Shown: positions 1-12,828, counted from the whole stretch's first letter. The stretch is 63,674 nucleotides of DNA, filler included, from Octopus bimaculoides (GCF_001194135.2; 10 parts of 9 records of this genome joined end to end with filler, not necessarily neighbours in it), one strand, 5' to 3'. The notes: generated from the sequence alone by a model not told the origin. A program made the numbers and translations.

Positions 1-251
1 ATATATATATGTGTGTATATATATACACATATATATACACATATATATACACATATAAACATACATATATGTATATGTATGTATATACATGCATATATAT
101 ATATATGTACATATACATACCTACATATCCTTATATATAAATATATATATATATGTAAATATATGTATATATGTATGTATATATACATACATATATATGT
201 ATGTATATATATATATGTATGTGTATATGTATATATATGTGTTATAAGTAT

Positions 252-283
<32 letters not shown>

Positions 284-689
284 ACACACATATATATATA
301 TGGGGAAGCAATTTAACTATGAAGAAGTATAACAAATTTTTAAATGCCTTTTCTTGTTGTTGTTGTTGCCCTGCTTGCTTTATTTCTATGTATTTTATAT
401 TTTTTAAAGTGTTTATGTTGTCATTTTTTTTTTCAATTTGTTGTTGTTATGGTAAACGGTCGGTTACTTGAATACGTTTTACAATTAAGCAATTTAGTTG
501 TAATTAATTTTAACTCACTGCGCTCTCTTTGCAAAGTAGATCTAAATTAAATGACGGAAAGAGTTTATGTGTGCATATACGTGTATGCATACCGCAAATT
601 TTCACACACGTATGCAGTTTATTTAGTGTCGCGTTTCATGACGAGGCGATCTTCAGGGAAGGACAATTGTTTCAGGCATGTCTGCGTGT

Positions 690-835
690 TTCAGTGGTTG
701 GTATTTCACGCTCGTGTTTCCAGATTTGATTCCACTGAGTAGATCCTCGGGCAAGTGTCTTTGACGATAACTATGGGTTAACTAATATCGTGTATGTGGA
801 AATCGGTAGGCAGAAACGGTACAGGAGTTCATTGT
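690..835 (+). mobile_element. SINE family A, old 5' half
   Basis: GATTCCACTG..CCTCGGGCAAGTGTCTT..GTGGAAATCGGTAGGCAGAAAC aligns loosely to the family A body. Similar weak relics lie at ~35152-35320(-), 38690-38800(+), 39040-39150(+), 47066-47225(-) and 52180-52305(+). Confidence 0.5.
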
Positions 836-961
836 GTGTCTATATCTCTATGTGTACATCTATCTACATCAGTACAATTATGTTTAGATATATTATACAT
901 CTGGGTGTAAAACAAAATAAATATGGACGCTAATATATCTTTATAGATAGATAGAAAGAAC

Positions 962-1028
<67 letters not shown>

Positions 1029-1202
1029 CAACAATAATCATGATAGTATAGATGTATTTAAAAATAGCCAAAATTTAATTTAAGTAAAATCTGACGGAGG
1101 CAACAGAGCCGAAACTTTGAAATCGCTCTCGATTTTTCCTTGTTAAAATAATAAAAAGTCGTGCGTTCGCGAATATACGTATGTTCGCATATACTTGTAA
1201 GT

Positions 1203-1259
<57 letters not shown>

Positions 1260-1269
1260 NNNNNNNNNN

Positions 1270-1302
<33 letters not shown>

Positions 1303-1433
1303 TGTGTGTGTGTGTGTGCGTGCGTGTGTTTGTGTGCTTGTGTGTGTGTGTGTGTGTGCGTGTTTGTGTGTCTGTGTATACATTCAAATATGTTCGCATA
1401 TATATTTACATATATATGCTATGTATCTATAAG

Positions 1434-1487
<54 letters not shown>

Positions 1488-1488
1488 A

Positions 1489-1537
<49 letters not shown>

Positions 1538-1770
1538 CGTGCGCGTAGGTATGTACGTATGAGTACGAAACTGCCACATACTGTGAAACATTGAAACTTC
1601 GAATTTCCATAAGAAACATTATAAAATCTTGAAACAAATCTATTGAATTCTCTAATTTACAGCGTTAGTAAGCCGCCCACGATGATCACTCATCCTCGCT
1701 TAGACACACTCACAGGCACTCACACACATGCGTACGCGGGCACACACACGCACACCCATATATATATATA

Positions 1771-1849
<79 letters not shown>

Positions 1850-2000
1850 AGAGAGAAAGTGCTGTAAATAAACACGACTAAGTTTGGTATATATAAATAT
1901 AATATATACATATATATAAAGGGATATACAAAAACTCAAAATATTCAGACGATAAACACTAATGCACATACAGGCATATATTTATATACATATATGCGAT

Positions 2001-2202
2001 GGCGGAGAGACAAACACAGACACACACCACTCACTCAAATATATACGACGGGCTTCTTTCAGTTTCCGTCTACCAAATCCACTCACAAGGCTTTGGCTGG
2101 CACGAGGCTATAGTAGAAGACATTTGCCTAAGGTGCTACGCAGTGAGCTTGAACCCGGAACCATGTAGTAGGGAAGCAAGCTTTTTACCAGACAGTAACG
2201 CC
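2001..2202 (-). mobile_element. SINE family A, 5' half
   Basis: CGACGGGCTTCTTTCAGTTTCCGTCTACCAAATCCACTCACAAGGCTTTGG..GAACCCGGAACCATG is the reverse complement of the family A head and body. Confidence 0.88.
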
Positions 2203-2571
2203 TACCTACATACATACATACATACATACGTACATATAGTGGAGTCTCATGGCGCATCGCGGGATCGTGAGACTGTTGTTTCGATTCCCAGACTAGGCGA
2301 TGCGTTGCATTACATTCTTGAGCAAAGTACTTCATTTCACGTTGCTCCGCGATGACTTCGACGTCTGCCATGTGGCACACTGTGCACCCGTACAAGCGAT
2401 GTAGACTTTTTGGAGGGAGTGAGCACAAACTTTTGGTTATTATAAACAAATGCGCAGGCTGTCCAGCGAGAAGTTGGTTACTGAACCGTCATCTCTCATT
2501 TACGACTGAAAATCACACCATCACCATATACATGTGTATATACTAGCTGACCACGTGCCGTCAATAATGAC

Positions 2572-3115
2572 GAGTGGCTGTGTGGTAAGTAGCTTGCTTC
2601 CCAACCACATGGTTCTGGGTTCATTCCCACTGCGTGGCACCTTGGGCAAGTGTCTTCTACTATAGCCTCGGGCCGACCAAAGCCTTGTGAGTGGATTTGG
2701 TAGACGGAAACTGAAAGAAGCCCGTCGTATATATGTATATATATATGTATGTGTGTGTATATGTTTGTATGTCCGTGTCTGCCCCCCCCCNNNNNNNNNN
2801 NNNNNNNNNNNNNNNNNNNNNNNNNNNNNNNNNNNNNNNNNNNNNNNNNNNNNNNNNNNNNNNNNNNNNNNNNNNNNNNNNNNNNNNNNNNNNNNNNNNN
2901 NNNNNNNNNNNNNNNNNNNNNNNNNCCAACATCGCTTGACAACCGATGCTGGTGTGTTTATGTCCCCGTAACTTAGCGGTTCGGCAAAATAGACCGATAG
3001 AATAAGTACTAGGCATCCAAAGAATAAGTCCTGGGGTCGATTTGCTCGACTAAAGGCGGTGCTCCAGCATGGCCACAGTCAAGTGGCTGAAACAAGTAAA
3101 AGAGTAAAAGAGTAA
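2572..3115 (+). mobile_element. SINE family A, full length (head + internal TA/TG microsatellite + 3' half + (GAGTAAAA)n tail), spans a gap
   Basis: Head GTGGCTGTGTGGTAAG..GGGTTCA.TCCCACTG, body CTTGGGCAAGTGTCTTCTACTATAGCCTCGGG..GAAGCCCGTCG, 3' half ACAACCGATGCTGG..CTGGGGTCGATTTGCTCGAC..CAGCATGGCC. Near-identical to the copies at 45427 and 51360. Confidence 0.9.
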
Positions 3116-3685
3116 ATAAGGTACATAATAATCAAACATACAAATATTCACATACTTCCTTCTACACGCATACACATACACACATATACTCACCCACAGT
3201 TGAAACGCTGATTGTTTTCACCTCTTCCTTCCTTATTCATCTATCACCCCTTCCTTTTTCTCTCATTGCAATTACTCTCTGTACCTTCCTCTCAGTCAGG
3301 GCTAATATTCTCACTTCTTCTTTACTGAGTTACTATTTTCTCTCCTCCTCCTCCTCCGGCGTGATTCTGGACAAATATATATATATATATATATACAAAT
3401 ATATAAAAACGCTACGCTCATTATTATATTAGGAAACATACTGGGGGTGGCGGGGTAAACAAAAGTGAAAGTGTAAAGTTAAAGCAAATTTCGATATGAA
3501 ATTCTGTAAATAAAACAAATTAAGTATATAAATCTATATTAAAAATGATAATTACTAAAATATACGGAAATAAATTGAGTTGTTAACTGCTAACATTGTA
3601 TTCCAAGACTCAATGTTATTAACATTTGGAGAATTTCAATCCTTACTCATATTTATACATATATGTATGCTAGTGTGTATATATG

Positions 3686-3730
<45 letters not shown>

Positions 3731-4118
3731 GTATATATATATGTATGTATGTATANNNNNNNNNNNNNNNNNNNNNNNNNNNNNNNNNNNNNNNNNNNNN
3801 NNNNNNNNNNNNNNNNNNNNNNNNNNNNNNNNNNNNNNNNNNNNNNNNNNNNNNNNNNNNNNNNNNNNNNNNNNNNNNNNNNNNNNNNNNNNNNNNNNNN
3901 NNNNNNNNNNNNNNNNNNNNNNNNNNNNNNNNNNNNNNNNNNNNNNNNNNNNNNNNNNNNNNNNNNNNNNNNNNNNNNNNNNNNNNNNNNNNNNNNNNNN
4001 NNNNNNNNNNNNNNNNNNNNNNNNNNNNNNNNNNNNNNNNNNNNNNNNNNNNNNNNNNNNNNNNNNNNNNNNNNNNNNNNNNNNNNNNNNNNNNNNNNNN
4101 NNNNNNNNNNNNNNNNNN

Positions 4119-4175
<57 letters not shown>

Positions 4176-5053
4176 ATATATTTTTCTTATCTAGTGTGTA
4201 AGTGATATTTTATTGCCGAAGTGTGACACTCCGTAGAGAAACATAAGTCTTATTAAAACTCGAGATTATATGAGATGCCGCCGGGTTTAAGTTTAAACTT
4301 CACATCATCCACCATTTGTAAGGATTCAAGTCACTAGCTTTTCATTTATTTATTAAGTATTCGACTGTAAGAGAAAGTTAGGGAAGAAGAGATGTACTGA
4401 CAGAGATATGCTATTACTTTTCAATATGGAGTCATTGTTGGCTTGTTTTATTTCATTTTTTTTTAATATTTGGTACAACTCCTTAATTTAGCTGAGTCAG
4501 AATTCAGTTAAGCAATAATAATAGTGATAGCAAATTGAAGTGAATATAATTATATATTCCTATACTGACACAACTGAAACTTATATTGGTGCAGTTGTTG
4601 TCATTGTTACTGCTGTTCTTGTTCTTGTTCTTGTTTAGGACCAGATCATCTGTTAGTGAACAGACTTGTTAAATGTGTCATACAGTGGTATAACCTTGTC
4701 CTTTGTCATTTAGAACTGTATAATCAATATATCTCTATGGTTATTTTTCGAAACGGCAGTTGAGGTGTACTTTAAAGACGATTTCACTTACAGTCTGTAG
4801 TAGGTTGTGTATCCACAAAGAAGGTTTCTCGTTGGCTCATAAGGAAACAGATTTCTTGAAGAGGGACGTGCATATAGTTAAGTGATATGCTTCCATTACA
4901 TAACTGGTACCTATTTTATCGATCTAACAGTGATAAAAACATTAACCGATCATAATGGAATTTGAACTCATGACGCAGCTGTTGTGTTCGTCGATGGTGA
5001 TGATGATGATGATGAGGAGGAGGAGGAGGAGGAGGAGGATGGTGGTGATGATG

Positions 5054-5098
<45 letters not shown>

Positions 5099-5163
5099 TC
5101 GACAATGTTATTGTTGTTATTGCTGATGCTGCTCTTATTTTCGTTGTTTCCTTTTCTTTTCAG

Positions 5164-5420
5164 TTGTTCAAGAGGAGAAAAAGAGTGTCTATGACATTTA
5201 CATGCTCCCTATTCCCAAAGTTATGGGTCTGAGGGACTTGATATTGAATTTGTACATATGTTGATCAATATCCGGAGTAAAAATATGGACATCTTAGAAA
5301 TTCGAGAGGAATGTTTCGTATGATGTCTTGAGTGTATAAGAGATAAGTGGGTTTACGTTATGAGGTATGCAGTTAACTCATTCAGGACAGATAGAGGAGC
5401 GTGTAAGGTCGTATATTCGT
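5164..5420 (+). mobile_element. Highly decayed RTE-like RT C-terminal relic
   Basis: Frameshifted pieces KSVYDIYMLPI / SYGSE / ISGVK / EIREEC / KWVYVMR..KVVYS follow the order of the RTE motifs K.VY...LP.L.YGSE.W ... IRE ... W.GHV.R. Confidence 0.4.
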
Positions 5421-5428
5421 AAAGACAC

Positions 5429-5472
<44 letters not shown>

Positions 5473-5800
5473 TAACTTCATATTAACACATATGCCAGAT
5501 CATTGTTGTCCCTCTTGCCACCACGTCTCAAGCTAACTTTTTCCTCTTCCAATCATTTCAGCATGCGGTGACGTCTATGAGAGACATGCCTGTTCTCTTC
5601 TTTTTAGTTTTCTCTTTCCTCATCTATCCGTTTAGTGTAAGAGCGTAGGGTCGAAACCTTAAAGACTTCTAATTTTCCTAAGCGTTTTTTACTTCGTCCT
5701 CGTATGTGTGGTTTTGTATTTTGTTGTTTTTTTTTACTATAGATATATAAAGATGTATAGGAACGAGAGGGCAGATGTAGGGTTGTATGAGGAAATATAA

Positions 5801-5870
5801 AAACATGTAAGGACATGTGCAGACGTGTAAGAACACGTAAGGTCGTGTGCAGACATGTAAAGATGTGCAG
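5801..5870 (+). repeat. 10-bp periodic array with 30-bp higher-order unit
   Basis: AAACATGTAA GGACATGTGC AGACGTGTAA / GAACACGTAA GGTCGTGTGC AGACATGTAA / AGATGTGCAG. Confidence 0.75.
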
Positions 5871-6011
5871 GGGGATCTAAATAGCAAGACTATTACCAGA
5901 GCCATTTTCAAATTTGCTGTACCAACCATAAAGCTATGATGTTTAAGTAACTGACTAAAATTGAACAAGCCTAAATAGACACTATAAACTCTTGCAATAG
6001 GAATATTCTGT

Positions 6012-6430
6012 TAATCTATCCATCAATTTCCTCTGCGTACTATTGCTGGCGGGGACCGTGCTGTTAGAGACCGCAGGCAGATCTTCCATAGTGTCCTTTC
6101 TGAAACAACCGTCATTAAACATCACTGTTAGATCCCCAAACTTGAGTAATTGAGACTATAGTTGTTATCCAACCATCTCGTTCTTTGTCTATCCCTAGGG
6201 CTCCTGCTGATTGGTTCGGTTTGGAGCATCTGTCTTACGATCCATTTCTACAGCTTTCTCATCACATATCCGTATTACTGGAGCTGTTACCTTTCAATAC
6301 GGAGTAATAGCGGCTCGACCCGAAGAGTCCCTGATCTACGAACTGCACATCCTAGTCTGCGCGGGTTCAATACAAATACCGCCACGATGCCTGGAGCGAG
6401 CAAGACCACTAAACGCTGCAATATGATAAA
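6012..6430 (-). mobile_element. RTE-clade (RTE-1/Expander-like) LINE 3' end, degenerate; may extend to ~6690
   Basis: Minus strand across frameshifts: R.CSS*IRDS / LRVEPLLLRIER*QLQ*YGYVMR..IVRQMLQTEP..RQRTRWLDN..LGI, ending GAGGAAATTGATGGATAGAT, like the GATG-type tail of RTE-1 elements. Confidence 0.75.
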
Positions 6431-6813
6431 GTTTAGAAGAATATTCTGATGAGCGTCACATATTATACAAGAAGCGCGATAACCCAGCATCCCAAGACAA
6501 GAAGATGGTAGGGAGATGTACCAAGTGTCTTAGAGCAGTTTAAGAAGATAGTTATCAATGCTGCGCACAGTCTTTCCAACACGAGAAAGTCTGAGAGTAA
6601 CTCTGTTGATTGCGATCGTAGCAAAAGTAGTAAATCTATTAGATTATTTCCGCAGCAACATTCTCGCAAGAAATTGCATTAGATGTTGAGCAGCTAAAAC
6701 GTAAAAGTAAGGAAAGAGGACAGAAGCTATAATGTATATAGGACGATTACGATGCGCTTACTTCGCCAGTATTTTCCTGAACTGAACACCATGCACACAC
6801 ACACACACACATA

Positions 6814-7010
6814 TCTTTCACTTGTCTGAGTCATTGATTGGACTGCGGTCATGCTGGGGCACAGCTGTCAAGAGTTATTGTCAAACGAATCTAGTGGTTC
6901 GTCAAAATACACCGATAGAACGATAAAATAAGTACCAGATTTTTAGAAAAAAATAATCACTATGTTCGATTCGTTCGAGCTAAAAAGTTCAAGGTGATCC
7001 AGCATGGCCG
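6814..7010. mobile_element. Two family A 3' fragments in inverted orientation
   Basis: 6814-6891 is the reverse complement of the A tail and 3' end; 6892-7010 is a plus-strand A 3' half. Confidence 0.65.
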
Positions 7011-7102
7011 TGTTCTACATACACATACATGCATGCGTATATAAATACATACATATACAAATATAGCTAAACGTGTATATATAACGTTTGATTGAATTGA
7101 AC

Positions 7103-7147
<45 letters not shown>

Positions 7148-7573
7148 NNNNNNNNNNNNNNNNNNNNNNNNNNNNNNNNNNNNNNNNNNNNNNNNNNNNN
7201 NNNNNNNNNNNNNNNNNNNNNNNNNNNNNNNNNNNNNNNNNNNNNNNNNNNNNNNNNNNNNNNNNNNNNNNNNNNNNNNNNNNNNNNNNNNNNNNNNNNN
7301 NNNNNNNNNNNNNNNNNNNNNNNNNNNNNNNNNNNNNNNNNNNNNNNNNNNNNNNNNNNNNNNNNNNNNNNNNNNNNNNNNNNNNNNNNNNNNNNNNNNN
7401 NNNNNNNNNNNNNNNNNNNNNNNNNNNNNNNNNNNNNNNNNNNNNNNNNNNNNNNNNNNNNNNNNNNNNNNNNNNNNNNNNNNNNNNNNNNNNNNNNNNN
7501 NNNNNNNNNNNNNNNNNNNNNNNNNNNNNNNNNNNNNNNNNNNNNNNNNNNNNNNNNNNNNNNNNNNNNNNNN

Positions 7574-7622
<49 letters not shown>

Positions 7623-9516
7623 CAAACATAGATATATAATATATATTATATATATATACACACATATATATGTATGTATGTACATATATGTATATACATG
7701 TATGTAAGTACTCTAGTATATGTATGTTCGTACATATGTATTTATATATGTATATATGGATGGATGTATTCTAAAGCCCGTTAAAAACTATCACAACTAG
7801 CAGGTATTCAATTAACTATGTATCTATCTCAGTCGTTGTTATTTTATTCCGTGTTGATTACCCCATTAGAAAGTCTCTTGCTATCTCTGGTGTTACTAAC
7901 ACATTATGGAAACACATACACACCATAAATCTTCATTTCCTATCCCACTACAAATACCAGACATCGTGCTAATGTAAAAGAATAACATTATTCACTTTTA
8001 TTTGCTTTGTTCTTTATCATTTTTCTCTTCTGCTTATTCTTGTTCCTTTATTTTATTTTATTTTATTTTATTTTATTTGTCTTTTTTTTATCATTCAACA
8101 AAGGATTGGTTACTGACAATATGACGGAGCTCTTTGGTTAGTTTATACAATGCTGCGAACACGTTTCTGCTTTGCATGTATTTATACGTNNNNNNNNNNN
8201 NNNNNNNNNNNNNNNNNNNNNNNNNNNNNNNNNNNNNNNNNNNNNNNNNNNNNNNNNNNNNNNNNNNNNNNNNNNNNNNNNNNNNNNNNNNNNNNNNNNN
8301 NNNNNNNNNNNNNNNNNNNNNNNNNNNNNNNNNNNNNNNNNNNNNNNNNNNNNNNNNNNNNNNNNNNNNNNNNNNNNNNNNNNNNNNNNNNNNNNNNNNN
8401 NNNNNNNNNNNNNNNNNNNNNNNNNNNNNNNNNNNNNNNNNNNNNNNNNNNNNNNNNNNNNNNNNNNNNNNNNNNNNNNNNNNNNNNNNNNNNNNNNNNN
8501 NNNNNNNNNNNNNNNNNNNNNNNNNNNNNNNNNNNNNNNNNNNNNTATGTATGTATGTATGTATGTATGTATGTATGTATGTGATTGTATAAGTATATGA
8601 CTCGCATTTATTTTTCGAATTTCTCACAAACAGATCAAGAGCAAGTTTCTAACTCAGAATTGAGATTCTTTCAATGGAGTTTAGATAACAACTAGGTAAT
8701 GTTTTTGTATGTATGTATGTATGTATGTATGTATGTATGTATGTATGTATGTATGTACGCATGGATGGATGGATGCATGCATGCATGTATGTATATATGT
8801 ATGTACGTATGTATGCATGTATGTATATACGTATGTATGTATTTATGTATGATTGTAAAGGTAAGGATGTATGCATACGTATGCTGATATCTGCATATGT
8901 ATGTCTGTAGCTCTGTATTTGCGAACGTACATAAATATGTGTGTACAAATACATCTGTATGTGTAGGCATATATATGGACATTTTAACAGGTTAACCTTC
9001 TGGGATGCTATGCATTCTTCCACAGTTTCATCAATGGTTTATAACTTCCTAATTTGGCATGTCCATTCTGGTTCTGTAAGTAGCTGTGTCCTTTCGGAGA
9101 TTTTTTTGAAATTCCACGGTATCAAGTTTTTAATCTATACTAGTAACAGGAAAAAGTTGTTTCGTAAATGAATCAGTAGCTAAATAAATCTAAGGGGAGG
9201 TAATACACACACATACACACATGAAGAAACTTGATATGGAAATCATGTAGAATATGTTTAAGAAACGTTTACCTACTTCCGCTTGTGAAATCTGGCTACT
9301 GAAGAATGATAATGAAAGCAGTTAGTTAGATAACCAAGTAACTCCTATAATCAAAATAGTAACATATGGTTTCAGAAGAATTTGGTTGCTATATCTAACA
9401 TGTCGACTAACATCTGTGAAGCTCCCTCCCCGGCTCATATAACTATACATAACCCTAAATATGAAAAGATGAAAACCTGCGTTGGCTAGTTTCTCTCATT
9501 AAACACTAATGAATAT

Positions 9517-9532
9517 CTGCCACCTGGTGGCA
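9517..9532. promoter_or_regulatory. Candidate CTCF-type site, palindromic
   Basis: TGCCACC-T-GGTGGCA; the minus strand reads GCCACCAGGTGGCAG, matching the CTCF core CCACCAGGTGGCAG. Motif match only. Confidence 0.35.
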
Positions 9533-9783
9533 ATATATTTTCAAAGCGGAATTAGATAATCGTTTCTTAAACATATTCTACATGATTTCCATATCAAGTT
9601 TCTTCGCGTGTGTGCATGTGTGTATTACCTCCCCTTAGATATATTTAGCTACTTATTCATTTACGAAACAGCATTTTCCTGCTACCAGCATAGACTAAAA
9701 ACCGTGAAACTGCAATATTTTCACTAATTTCTTTGTCATGAATAGCAAAAGCGAACTCGGTTGACTATGTAAATATTTTATCT

Positions 9784-9829
<46 letters not shown>

Positions 9830-10546
9830 NNNNNNNNNNNNNNNNNNNNNNNNNNNNNNNNNNNNNNNNNNNNNNNNNNNNNNNNNNNNNNNNNNNNNNN
9901 NNNNNNNNNNNNNNNNNNNNNNNNNNNNNNNNNNNNNNNNNNNNNNNNNNNNNNNNNNNNNNNNNNNNNNNNNNNNNNNNNNNNNNNNNNNNNNNNNNNN
10001 NNNNNNNNNNNNNNAGAGAGAGACAGAGAGACAGACACAGAGAGAGACAGAGAGACAGACACAGAGAGAGACAGAGAGATTCTGAGCATTTCCTTCTTAT
10101 ATTCTTCATTACAACTCACCACATGAGAAGAAAGAAATCTTTCTAACGAAGCTTTTCAGTGCATGTCTGTATACATACATGTGTGTATACATACATACAT
10201 ACATACATACATAAATACATAAAACATACATACATACAGGCACACATATATGTATTTGTGCGTATTCGAACAATAAGCGTTAGCACTGTATTGACATAAT
10301 GTAATAAAGTGTGACCCTGAAGTACAGTTAGAGAGATCTTCATCCAAAAACACTAAGAAAACCCATTGCAGGGAACGCAAATGGCCACAATATTGAAATA
10401 TGTGTAGGGAACAGGTAGTGTAAACTGCAATTTGTCCAATTATACTTTTATTGGCCGTGCCCCTGTACTGATAAATTACAGTGACAAACAAATAAAATAA
10501 TAAAAGAACATATATGAATATGTGTATGTATTTATACATGTGGGCC

Positions 10547-10587
<41 letters not shown>

Positions 10588-11786
10588 NNNNNNNNNNNNN
10601 NNNNNNNNNNNNNNNNNNNNNNNNNNNNNNNNNNNNNNNNNNNNNNNNNNNNNNNNNNNNNNNNNNNNNNNNNNNNNNNNNNNNNNNNNNNNNNNNNNNN
10701 NNNNNNNNNNNNNNNNNNNNNNNNNNNNNNNNNNNNNNNNNNNNNNNNNNNNNNNNNNNNNNNNNNNNNNNNNNNNNNNNNNNNNNNNNNNNNNNNNNNN
10801 NNNNNNNNNNNNNNNNNNNNNNNNNNNNNNNNNNNNNNNNNNNNNNNNNNNNNNNNNNNNNNNNNNNNNNNNNNNNNNNNNNNNNNNNNNNNNNNNNNNN
10901 NNNNNNNNNNNNNNNNNNNNNNNNNNNNNNNNNNNNNNNNNNNNNNNNNNNNNNNNNNNNNNNNNNNNNNNNNNNNNNNNNNNNNNNNNNNNNNNNNNNN
11001 NNNNNNNNNNNNNNNNNNNNNNNNNNNNNNNNNNNNNNNNNNNNNNNNNNNNNNNNNNNNNNNNNNNNNNNNNNNNNNNNNNNNNNNNNNNNNNNNNNNN
11101 NNNNNNNNNNNNNNNNNNNNNNNNNNNNNNNNNNNNNNNNNNNNNNNNNNNNNNNNNNNNNNNNNNNNNNNNNNNNNNNNNNNNNNNNNNNNNNNNNNNN
11201 NNNNNNNNNNNNNNNNNNNNNNNNNNNNNNNNNNNNNNNNNNNNNNNNNNNNNNNNNNNNNNNNNNNNNNNNNNNNNNNNNNNNNNNNNNNNNNNNNNNN
11301 NNNNNNNNNNNNNNNNNNNNNNNNNNNNNNNNNNNNNNNNNNNNNNNNNNNNNNNNNNNNNNNNNNNNNNNNNNNNNNNNNNNNNNNNNNNNNNNNNNNN
11401 NNNNNNNNNNNNNNNNNNNNNNNNNNNNNNNNNNNNNNNNNNNNNNNNNNNNNNNNNNNNNNNNNNNNNNNNNNNNNNNNNNNNNNNNNNNNNNNNNNNN
11501 NNNNNNNNNNNNNNNNNNNNNNNNNNNNNNNNNNNNNNNNNNNNNNNNNNNNNNNNNNNNNNNNNNNNNNNNTCTGGTTTGTAATTTCCAGTGCCCATGT
11601 TGTTAGGAAACATGTAAACGGATATGGATGTGTAGCGCATAACTGCATAAGCATATGTGCACGTATATTTCTGTGCGCTTCTGAAGTACAGCTAAATACG
11701 TGTGTGCTCGAACATATGCAGACGTGTATATATGTATCGGTTTATGTGCAGGTGTGTGCGTATGTGCATATCACTATATAAACAAT

Positions 11787-11832
<46 letters not shown>

Positions 11833-12555
11833 TATATATNNNNNNNNNNNNNNNNNNNNNNNNNNNNNNNNNNNNNNNNNNNNNNNNNNNNNNNNNNNNN
11901 NNNNNNNNNNNNNNNNNNNNNNNNNNNNNNNNNNNNNNNNNNNNNNNNNNNNNNNNNNNNNNNNNNNNNNNNNNNNNNNNNNNNNNNNNNNNNNNNNNNN
12001 NNNNNNNNNNNNNNNNNNNNNNNNNNNNNNNNNNNNNNNNNNNNNNNNNNNNNNNNNNNNNNNNNNNNNNNNNNNNNNNNNNNNNNNNNNNNNNNNNNNN
12101 NNNNNNNNNNNNNNNNNNNNNNNNNNNNNNNNNNNNNNNNNNNNNNNNNNNNNNNNNNNNNNNNNNNNNNNNNNNNNNNNNNNNNNNNNNNNNNNNNNNN
12201 NNNNNNNNNNNNNNNNNNNNNNNNNNNNNNNNNNNNNNNNNNNNNNNNNNNNNNNNNNNNNNNNNNNNNNNNNNNNNNNNNNNNNNNNNNNNNNNNNNNN
12301 NNNNNNNNNNNNNNNNNNNNNNNNNNNNNNNNNNNNNNNNNNNNNNNNNNNNNNNNNNNNNNNNNNNNNNNNNNNNNNNNNNNNNNNNNNNNNNNNNNNN
12401 NNNNNNNNNNNNNNNNNNNNNNNNNNNNNNNNNNNNNNNNNNNNNNNNNNNNNNNNNNNNNNNNNNNNNNNNNNNNNNNNNNNNNNNNNNNNNNNNNNNN
12501 NNNNNNNNNNNNNNNNNNNNNNNNNNNNNNNNNNNNNNNNNNNNNNNNNNNNNNN

Positions 12556-12828
12556 GCTCCGGCAGGGGATGGTGGCGAACCCTGCTGTTCTCTTTCACCA
12601 CAGCTTTCTCTCACTCTTACTTCCTCTTTCTGTTGTGCCTGTAATTCAAAGGGTCCGCCTTGTCACACTGTGTCACACGCTGAATATCCCCGAGAACTAC
12701 GTTAAGGGTACACGTGTCTGAGGAGTGCTCAACCACTTGCACGTTAATTTCACGAGCAGGCTGTTCCGTTGATCGGATCAACTGGAACCCTCGACGTCGT
12801 AAGCAACGGAGTGCCAACAACAACAACA

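Noticed and set aside
620-662. Other hammerhead-core look-alikes (minus 620-662; 9299; minus ~35530-35550; 43458)
   Set aside because: Stems I/II or the GAAA..NUH segment cannot be formed; about this many partial matches are expected by chance.
4984-5232. Acidic ORF and an apparent exon after the strong acceptor at 5163 (VQEEKKSVYDIYMLPIPK)
   Set aside because: The acidic part is (GAT/GAG)n. The peptide hits stops before the next good donor and fits frameshifted RTE motifs better.
10312-10468. Tc1-like terminal sequence (rc TACAGGGGCACGGCCAATAAAAGT)
   Set aside because: No matching partner TIR found.
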